Below the pieces are notes generated by a model that was not told where the DNA came from, did not search any database, and worked only from the letters and a program-made list of their open reading frames with translations. Made by a program: the position numbers and the translations under genes. A stretch of DNA of 63,004 bases, filler included. It is 9 parts of 9 records of this genome, joined end to end, with 100 filler letters (N's around TTAATTAATTAA, not from the genome) between each part and the next. Parts side by side here need not be neighbours in the genome. Positions count along the whole stretch, not along the records: positions 40,029 to 56,211 come from SRR7504441_6112; positions 56,312 to 63,004 come from SRR7504441_6123; 7 more parts are not named here. One strand, 5' to 3'. Of this stretch, positions 55,701 through 63,004 are shown piece after piece; position 1 is the first letter of the stretch; each line of letters starts with the position of its first letter.

Positions 55701-56051
55701 GGGCCGGCATCGGTGTCTGCCAACTATTCCTCGCCGAGGGGCGACATTCTGATCTCGTGGTCCCGCAACACAACGGCACAGACAATGCACATGACTGTCG
55801 ATGTGCCCATCGGTGTGCAGAGTGCTATCATTTCGGTTCCGACCCCTTACCACGGTGTACGGCGGGTGACCGAGAGCGGGACCACAGTTTGGCACGCAAA
55901 TGGAGTTCCCAATGAAATCAGCAATGATGTGCGCGGTGTCGAGTGGCTGGCTGTCGACCGAGCCGCTGTCTGTTTTCGCGTGCATAGTGGCAGATTTAAT
56001 TTTCATGCAGATGTCGAGGACTCTCCGACAAACTACCGACAAACACGCTGA
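52755..56051 (+). CDS. Secreted GH78 alpha-L-rhamnosidase with internal SUEL/Gal-lectin domain, intronless
   Basis: Signal peptide. FVWHGFQYV, PTDCPTAEKRGYLGDA, FPSWGWW, WETW, SHNH. SUEL WGTPTGTCG...ACIGRSSC...DPCYG..KVLAVQASC-like. Confidence 0.93.
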   Translation: MRLVCWHILVAAVGALLPPPTSLRVEGLLPYAAVVSVPRPRFSFVHARDTTTPLPRGRSQVAYRVSVFAGQKLLWDSGKVLSANCSQIPSGVDLLAFGSFRFEAQWWRSDGAQSATAAAGFETGPLRASDWGDAAFLGGALLRTELVLAQDAEVARARAYVVAPGCHELEVNGRRPPQELRGICPFMAPGRGQGGIHQFSPRALYQTHNITRLLQPGTNGVGLLSGNVLTTAPSVLVLLRVELGDGSIVCVRSTTGPTGGWLEGPSYLTHDEYTSHIDWTKRESGWSSAGFKPRDPSQWSAASSPFPNASSPPLAKQMKTIGAVMMPPSTVVAQMRPIAVEDLTVNEQCQLSSGLLGGKRKECQTCAPTDTLVLRCAVGVMTKIEFVSWGTPTGTCGNFSASSCNSSASYSIAVKACIGRSSCSLVPSRQAWGADPCYGETKVLAVQASGCTPIMVPPPSRQYMYTFERNFVGTIRLAPLPDAAEGSTISMQLGEWIENGVPKTRGNEQVESHTLVAGNPLALETLFVWHGFQYVLVTCTHDAEFEGSLDAISGLEIRTNVESVSSLHFGGDDESSIRDAKLFNRINFIARNSMVSNVAAYLPTDCPTAEKRGYLGDASFAAPGTLWNFGLQSVYSSFMNVIVDSQTMSGDVPTSVPCPYPGSIAVGCGGSNNWTFPARWGPPHCNDVAWTSGFPIVMEQAYQFSGDTRPLENHWDSLQEYIENLIAKAPAYPGNITSCDPGEDYVSHDIVRLGDWITPARCTGKPTGSRCQESLEMSGMSFVLALRSMAIIAIAIGKHDSGARYNALADRAAANFHTVHWNPATNSMGGDAGMTQVLNVPALVIQSAPTDVVLEKIVATLQSDLRARDFHLATGAVTSKWLLEVLSENGLHQSAIRVATQTTFPSWGWWLAMNATSCWETWHNGTGHHDGIGPFKGTPNSHNHVMLCGGVSSWFWTQLVGLKPTSPAFATFAVAPRIDPTLGPASVSANYSSPRGDILISWSRNTTAQTMHMTVDVPIGVQSAIISVPTPYHGVRRVTESGTTVWHANGVPNEISNDVRGVEWLAVDRAAVCFRVHSGRFNFHADVEDSPTNYRQTR

Positions 56052-56572
56052 CCGTCGCACCAACGCGTTGTTATAAAACCTGTTGTATTGTTGTACATGT
56101 ACATGATTGTAACAGTTAGTAGTTATTGTACATGCATGACATTGTATAATTATGTACATGTAATCATACGAGCATCGATTTAAATCAAAAATCGCAATTG
56201 ATAGAACGATTNNNNNNNNNNNNNNNNNNNNNNNNNNNNNNNNNNNNNNNNNNNNTTAATTAATTAANNNNNNNNNNNNNNNNNNNNNNNNNNNNNNNNN
56301 NNNNNNNNNNNAAAGTCGGGGCCCTAAGGCTCACATAACCTTTACTCAACAATACCAGTGGTATTAAAGTGCTCATTTTGACGATTTGTGTACTCGACGT
56401 ACCGACTAGTACCGACATTATTCAAGCCAGGAACAAGCGATGAGTGCGTGAGTGCGCACGGCCCCTAGGCCTCCGTGCCGTCCGTGGGCCGCCCTCCGAC
56501 GCCTCCGATCTTAAAGGCGTAATTATTAAAGACTTTAATTCAAAGGTCATTGGGAATGATAACGTGATAAAG

Positions 56573-57811
56573 TCACGCTCGAGGTACTTCGGACATCTGT
56601 GCCATATCTGCAAATACCTTCACTGCATGGCTCAGCGCCTCTTGGCGCCGATTCGTCTCGAGCGACTTCTCCATCACTAGTTGTGCAAGCTCCTTGTGGT
56701 GGGCTTCCGAGGACGCCTGTAATGCTTTGATGGCCTCTTGCCGTTGGAGCTCGCTCTGTTCCATCTGCCAGGCAGTCAATCAGACCGATTCCAGCTCAAT
56801 CGGGATTCGCCTTTGCTTTCAATCCTGAGTTTTCAGCCCGCAGTTCTTGGACCTGCTTTGTCAGCTGGGTGATCGCCTGTAGCGGTTCTTCTCGAGCCTG
56901 CTGCACCTAGCACACACGTGAGTGAAAGGGCCTTCGCCAGATGCACCTTTTGCTCGAGGACGGGCCGCAGCTTGTCAAGGACAGCTTGCTCCAACTATCA
57001 AAGGCAGCAATCTCAAGTCACCAACGATTCGAGCTGGACCTGGCTCAAACTGCTGTTTGTTTGGTTTGCCATGATCTCGATCTGCTTGGCAAAGTCGCCA
57101 CGGATCGCGCTACACTCGTCTGCCAGCATCGCGACGTCCTGACAGCGAAGCAGCAGTTAGCTCATTCCCTGCCGGAGACGCTAGGCCAAGTGCTCAACAC
57201 CTGGGCAAGTGCTGAGCTAGATCGCTGGTGGTCTTCCGCAAGTGCACTGCTGGACCGCGCATGCTGCTGTTGGATCTCAACAATTTGCTGCTCAAGCTTC
57301 GAGTCCTGATCAGGCTGTTTGGACTGCATCCCAGTCACGAGGCGTTCGAGCTCTACCTGCACAGCCTGCACAACGCATTGTCAGTGAATCGGCCCCCCTA
57401 GTCGCAAGCTCTTACGTGCAGCGTGGAGTCACACTTAGTGTATTTCGAGGCAGCCGTCTCCTGCAGGCTCGCCTGATTGTGGACCTCTCGTTCAACAGCT
57501 GCCAGCTCGGACTTGAGCGCTCCAACTTCAGTGCGAAGCGACAGCAGGCTTTGCTGCTCAGCCGCATGGCTCTCGGTCTGGCCGCGGTAACGCGTCATCT
57601 CAGTCCGCAGCAGCTTTCCCTCCGCTGCCAGCTTCAGGGCCATTTCAGTCCTGATCGCGTCCACCTCCTCGACCAGCACATCGGATATTGTTGTAAAAGC
57701 CTCATTCAAGGCCTCCACCTGTCTGCTGAGGTACTCGGCAGACCCGCCCGTGACCACGCTGCTCTGGAGCGCCCGCTGCTGCTCCAGCCACCGCTCGTGC
57801 AGCGTGCCCAT
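56573..57811 (-). CDS. Coiled-coil protein of unknown function, multi-exon
   Basis: Heptad-rich exons (57398-, 57162-, 56573-) separated by intron-sized GT-AG segments. Confidence 0.65.
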
Positions 57812-57936
57812 GTCACGCTGCTCGTCAAGAGCAGCAGCTCCACTGCACCGGCCGCACCCGCTCAAAACTGAGATGTCGTTGAACAGCTGCATCAGTCGGC
57901 TGTCGGCCGGGCACCGATGATGAGTCTCAGTCCGGA

Positions 57937-59057
57937 ATGAGCAAGCGTCCCAGGGTGCGTGGCGCGCTCCCATCACTGAGTGGCTGCAGCAGACCGGGGA
58001 GCTGGTGGAGGGGCCCGCAGCATTGGAGAGCCCGTAAGCCGGATTCGCCCGCTTCTCTGAGAGGTTGAGGGCAGGTCGGCGGCTCTCGAGGCGAAGGACA
58101 CTGAGATCGCCAGGCTGCGAGCGGAGCTCTTGCTGGCGGATGATCTGAAGAAACGGGAGCGAGCGCTGGTCATGCGGCTGTCAGGGAAAGAGCAGGAAAT
58201 AGCCGAGCTGCAGGTGGTGTGACCAGTCCGTAACTGAGGCATTCGGCTCGGCAGACTCGGGTGCAAGAGCTGATAGCGATGGCACGGCCACAGGCGGTGC
58301 AGCTGAATGAGACCATTCTAGACCCGGCTGTCAATCGGGAGTTCGAGCGGCTGCGTGCCGAGGTGCTGCCCAACTAGGCCAGGCCTTTGACAGCAGCCTG
58401 GATAGGCGACACAGACCAAGGAAGAGCTCCAGAAGTCGCAAGATGACGCGCAGGCTATCAAATTCACCCAGGAGAGGTGGCCACAAGCCCGCCGAGCGCT
58501 GCTGCGGCTGACTTCGGCGGCAGTCTGACCGGCAAGAGGCTGATGGCCAAGTGCAAGACTTTGCAGGAAGAGAACGAGGACTTTGCGCTGCAGGTGAGCT
58601 GCGTGAATTCAACGCCAGAATCGGCCCTCCTGCCCACAGCCTGAATCTGTATTCAACTAGGTCTCCGAAGGCAGGGTCAAGAAGCTCGAGCTCGAGATCT
58701 CCCTGAAAAAGCAGCACATTTCTGGCCTAAAGAAAGCCCTCCAAGGTAGTCACCTATCTGTGCGGCTTCTTGGTCAGGCTGCTTGGCTTGCTGCTTGGCT
58801 TGCTGCTTGGCTGGGGTATCTGGTGCGGCCTTTGCCCCGGTCTGATAGCTTTCGCATCGTCGGCTGAGGCTGCTGAGGCGGCACTGGGTCAGGGTCCGGA
58901 GCGCGGCCCTTGCTTGCAATCCCTTGTGTTGCTTGAATGACGAGTTGTGGGATTTGCAGAATCAAATGGGTACATCTCAATGCTAGATGAAGAAATGGAG
59001 AACATGCAGAATACCATCTTTTTCCTGCACCAAGAACTAGAAGAAGGGCTGTCTTAG
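57937..59057 (+). CDS. WTAP: WTAP/FIP37/Mum2 m6A-writer subunit, multi-exon
   Basis: RERALVMRLSGKEQEIAEL, ILDPAVNREFERLR, LMAKCKTLQEENE, SEGRVKKLELE, LDEEMENMQNTIFFL. Start uncertain. Confidence 0.9.
58778..58812. repeat. Tandem 12-mer (GCTGCTTGGCTT) x about 3 in a 214-nt WTAP intron
   Basis: Direct reading. Intron 58746-58959. Confidence 0.85.
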
Positions 59058-59221
59058 AGCTGTCTTAATTAAAGCTGTCTTAAAAGTTGTCTTAAAACTT
59101 GTTTATCTAAATGTCTATTGGATGCAATCACTAATGTATTCTTGGTATTGCGCAAACAGTATGAGAGTGCATACTTTATTGTACTTTGAAGCAGATCGGC
59201 CGGTTTAACCGTTAATTGATA

Positions 59222-59968
59222 TTATATGGTTACGAGCTCAGTATCATCATCATCGAGAAGACGATTCCCAACAAGGGGGTCGTCGAACGGGTTAGCGGGC
59301 TGCATGTGGCTGCGGTACTTCGACTTCATCGCCTCCAGCAGTCGGTTCTGTGGCCGGCTCCCCGTCTTGCCTGGTTCGGTGTCAAAGTCCTCCAAAATGA
59401 TATCATCGGCACTGCCAAAGTAGCTTAACAACTGGATTGAAGTCCACGCTAAAAGCTCAACGGTCCCAAACCCCAAGAAGAGGTAGGCGCATACGGTGGC
59501 GTGACTGGCCACAAAGTCTCTGGAGCGCTGCACATCTTCCTGGCACGATCTGCACTTCTCATCACAGCACTTCTCTGGTGATTCCATGCAGTCTTTGGAG
59601 TTGGCCCAGCTGCGTTTATCGAAGCTCTCGCACTCCTCGTACACCATAGAATCAATGAACGAGGGCTGAGAGACGAGCACCGCACCCACCAGCTGCGGCA
59701 CGATCAGCAGCAGTAGCAGCGCCGAGTACACCCGGCTGCAGCACGGCCTGTTGGATCCGTGGTTGTCCGCAAGCCAAAGCCCGAGCCCGGCCACGAGCAT
59801 GGTGCTCAGACCCAGGCCGAGCACCAGCAAGCTAAGCAGGTTTCGCTCCTGGGCGATCTTGAGGCCCACGAAGGTCATGACGGCGCCACACGTCAGGATG
59901 AGGTAGTTGCTGACCTTCAGGTTGAAGCCCCAGAGGTAGGCACAGCAGGCAGAGCAGCAAGAACTCAT
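59222..59968 (-). CDS. Tetraspanin-like (TOM2A-like) membrane protein
   Basis: Four TMs, N-terminal Cys cluster, Cys-rich large loop, cytosolic tail with NPFDD. Confidence 0.8.
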   Translation of the reverse strand: MSSCCSACCAYLWGFNLKVSNYLILTCGAVMTFVGLKIAQERNLLSLLVLGLGLSTMLVAGLGLWLADNHGSNRPCCSRVYSALLLLLIVPQLVGAVLVSQPSFIDSMVYEECESFDKRSWANSKDCMESPEKCCDEKCRSCQEDVQRSRDFVASHATVCAYLFLGFGTVELLAWTSIQLLSYFGSADDIILEDFDTEPGKTGSRPQNRLLEAMKSKYRSHMQPANPFDDPLVGNRLLDDDDTELVTI

Positions 59969-60262
59969 CGTGCTCCGCGTGCCACCCACGCCCGGCGAGC
60001 CGCCCCAGCCTAGTTGCGCAGTCACAGCAGGACACTGTCAGGCCGCTTCTTGTCCTCGCAGCACTCCGGATCGACACAATCCGACAACGGCCGGCGCACA
60101 GCCCGGCGCCGTCCTCAGTGGCATTGGTGTCTTGGGCGAGGACTCAAACGGCGAGCGTCCAGCTGTGAGCCGAGCTCCTCAAAGCAGCACCGGTGCGCGT
60201 GCAGCAGCTTTCTGTCGCGAGGCAGAGCCTCTTAGAGGCGCCCACTGTCCGCACTGCAGAGC

Positions 60263-63004
60263 ATGAGCCTCGAGAGCGAGCTGGGCGGCTCTTCGTCCGA
60301 GGACGCCTCCGGGCCCCAGGTGCGCGTGTGCCGTTTTGATGGCCCGGGTTGCAGGCTGTATCGGGGGACAGGTCAGCATTATGAAGATGCGCGTGCAACC
60401 CAGCGAGCAAGTCGGTCGGTTCCGGGGCTTCGCTGTGAACAACCAAAGGATGGTGATTGCTACAGAGCACGGCTACGTAATCCGTATAGACCTGCGAACC
60501 AACATCCAGGACATAGTGCAAGTCTCCCAAAAGTGTGGCCCGGTGCGTACGATCGGGCTCGACCCAGTTCGAGGGGTGCACGCATTCATTGGGTTCAGCT
60601 CGGGAGACAACTTTTACCTCTCGGCGCAGTCCGACAAACCGGTTCCGCTGCGTAAGCTCGACGGGATAGTGGTTACAGCGCTCGCCTGGGACCGAGACAA
60701 CAAGAACGTGGCCAGCACGGGCGACATCCTCCTGGGCACCGATGCGGGAGGGATCTTTGAAGCCTCCCTGGAGAACCATGGGAAGACAGTCAACTGCCGA
60801 AAGATCTATGATATAAAACAGCTGGATACTGAGCCGCTCGACAATGACGTCCAGATGGCCATCCATGGGCTGCATTTTGAACGGCTAGTGCACGATCGCA
60901 AATTCATGGTGATGGCTGCCACGCTCACCCGACACTACCAGTTTGTTGGCGGGTGAGCACGCTCAGCTCACATCTAGAAGCAGGCTGAGCAGACTGTGTG
61001 TGCTGCAGACCCACGCTGGAGCAGCTCTTCCGGACACCACCATACAATTCGAATCCACCATTCCGCCAAATGCCTGGCAGCTTGAACTACACCGAGCTGC
61101 ACCTTTGGGGCTCACCAGAGGAACCGAGCCAGCGCTTTGCGTGGCTCACTGAGCCAGTGGTTGTGTATGGCGATCTGGAGTTCAGTGGCCAAGGCGCTGG
61201 GGATGTGTTCTTGTCTCAAGACCGACTTCGGTAGCTTGTGCGCGGGGTGCTCGTGACAGCGGCTTGTCCTAGGTATCCATCCATATTGAACGAACACGGC
61301 CAGCGCGTGTCTCGTGTACCATGCTCGATGGGAATCACAAGATACCACTTCCTGTTACTTTACAACAACTATTTCCAGGTTTGCCGCCTGTTGTGCCTCC
61401 AAGGTCTGACCTCAATAATGCAGGTGGTGAACCCTCTCAGCAAGCAGATGGTGTATGAGACAGAGCTACCGCCCCCTGGCACATCAAATCTGGGCCAATT
61501 CCTTGCTGTGGCATCTGATGCTCACACCAGCATAAATTACTTGCTTTCGGATCGTGCTATCCTCAAAGCTCAAATCACAGGGGAGGACATGAACATGTGG
61601 CGGATCTTTTTGAGTCACAAAAAATTTCGCGAAGCCAAGGAGGCCTCCCGCTCATCAGCCCAAAGGAATAAGGTATGTTTGTTTAATGAGCCCGGCTGCT
61701 GGTTTTACATACCTGCAGGTGCTTGTTGTAGAGGCAGATTATCGCTTTGAGCAGGGCGACTACGTAGCTGCAGCCCAGATCTATGCACAGTCCCCCCGCT
61801 CGTTTGAAGAGGTGCTGTTCGTCATTCTGTTTGTTTTACTAACTGACTCTTGCATACTTGAAAACAATGTTTTGTGTGTGCTGATCCTTGTTGCACCATT
61901 TTTGTCGAGTGACTTGTGTGGCAGGTGGCTCTAAAGTTGATCAAAGTAGGCAATCGTGAAGCACTCATCAAATTTCTGATTGAGAAGCTCAGATCAATGC
62001 GCGAAAATGCAAAGATCCAGCGGACCTTGATCTGCACATGGTTATCCCACAGAACTGAGTAGAGTTGAGCGTCTAATTCATTCTGTTTTGGTGCTCAGGC
62101 TAACCGAACTCTTCCTAGACCAGCTGAATCAGCTTAAATTTGAACAGCAGCCCGCAAAACTGGCAGAGGCAAGCCACATGTTCCGCGCATTTCTGGAGCA
62201 GCATCGTGATGATCTTGACCCTGCTACTACAGAGGCTCTGATTTCATCACATGGTAAGTTGTAGTACCTGTCTCTATCAAATCATGAATTCTTATTTCGT
62301 TGGGCTGGCAAGCTTGAACTTATTATATGAATGATGAGCTCAATGTGAGGAATTGTAAGCATTTGGTCACCTTGCCATGTGCTCCAGGTAGAATTGATGA
62401 GCTGCTCTTCTTTGCTGAGCAAATTCATGACCATTCAGTCACTATTGGCCACCATATCCAACGCAAGGAGTGGCAATTGGCACTCGATGTGATGATTCAG
62501 CAGCAGGATCCACAGAGCTTTTACAAACATGTGCCTGTGCTGATGCGTCATTTGCCCGGACCAACAGTGTCAGTACTCTTGCAATTTACTCCAGGTATTA
62601 GCAAGCTTCCCAGTAGTGTTAAGGAGCCCTACGCTTCTAGTGTGACTGTGGCCTGTGCCTGACAGGTCTGGACCCATCCAAACTTTTGCCAGCCCTGGTG
62701 CAATTTGAGGCCTCGAGACCGGAGGACTGTGAAGAGCCAAACGAAGCTGTACGATACCTGCAGCAGGTATGTTGCTTTTACATGTGTATCACCAGGGTCT
62801 GGGTCTGATTGGAATGCTTTTATTTTGAAGGTTTGCCGAGCCAGGAAACCTGGTCTACCAGAGACAGCGATTTGCAAGGATATGGCTGTGCACAACTACC
62901 TGCTGTCTCTTTATGCCAAGCAATCAGAGGTGACTACATCCTTGCGATGAATAAAGCCTGGACTGCTTTGCTGGTTGATGAATGAATGCATATGCTTTGC
63001 AGGA
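60263..63004 (+). CDS. VPS18: Vacuolar protein sorting 18 (Pep3), multi-exon, 3'-truncated
   Basis: LRKLDGIVVTALAW, ILLGTDAGGIFEA, VMAATLTRHYQFVG, AAQIYAQSPRSFEEVALK, AVHNYLLSLYA. Confidence 0.96.

Noticed and set aside
3655-56311. Regularly recurring TTAATTAATTAA palindromes as a biological repeat or CRISPR-like array
   Set aside because: Each is centred in an identical 100-nt N spacer and is a synthetic six-frame-stop linker.
1-63004. rRNA, tRNA, snRNA, transposase or viral hallmark genes; assignment to a specific lineage
   Set aside because: None recognised by eye. Covariance-model searches and phylogeny (e.g. SHMT, VPS18) would be needed.

Overview
Not one locus: nine short contigs (1-3654, 3755-7232, 7333-10977, 11078-14310, 14411-22194, 22295-28982, 29083-39928, 40029-56211, 56312-63004) joined by synthetic 100-nt spacers (44N-TTAATTAATTAA-44N). 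The DNA is from a gene-dense, GC-rich unicellular eukaryote whose lineage I cannot assign. It uses the standard code and has many short (mostly about 36-50 nt) GT-AG introns, so the ORF track fragments most genes. About 30 genes are recognisable, including SHMT, FPGS, RPA12, WTAP, VPS18, AIDA, a VPS13-like protein, GH3, GH78, an O-fucosyltransferase, an elongase, a GPCR, a TBC GAP and an MFS transporter. I found no rRNA, tRNA, CRISPR array or transposase. The most interesting DNA-level signal is a set of short insertions flanked by direct repeats and copied from nearby sequence: CDS fragments in two gene leaders, (TTAGGG)3 in an intron, and a possible intron born by duplication. Other genome-level features are frequent head-to-head gene pairs and a 5'-3' CpG gradient. 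Unusual proteins include an LRR-pseudokinase with a B-box/coiled coil in its activation segment, a VPS13-like protein with a hydrophobic C-terminal tail, a phage-like GT4 fused to GT41, and a Zn-repeat/CRAL-TRIO/EDR2_C fusion. All family calls are by-eye motif recognition, not database searches. Exon boundaries are manual.
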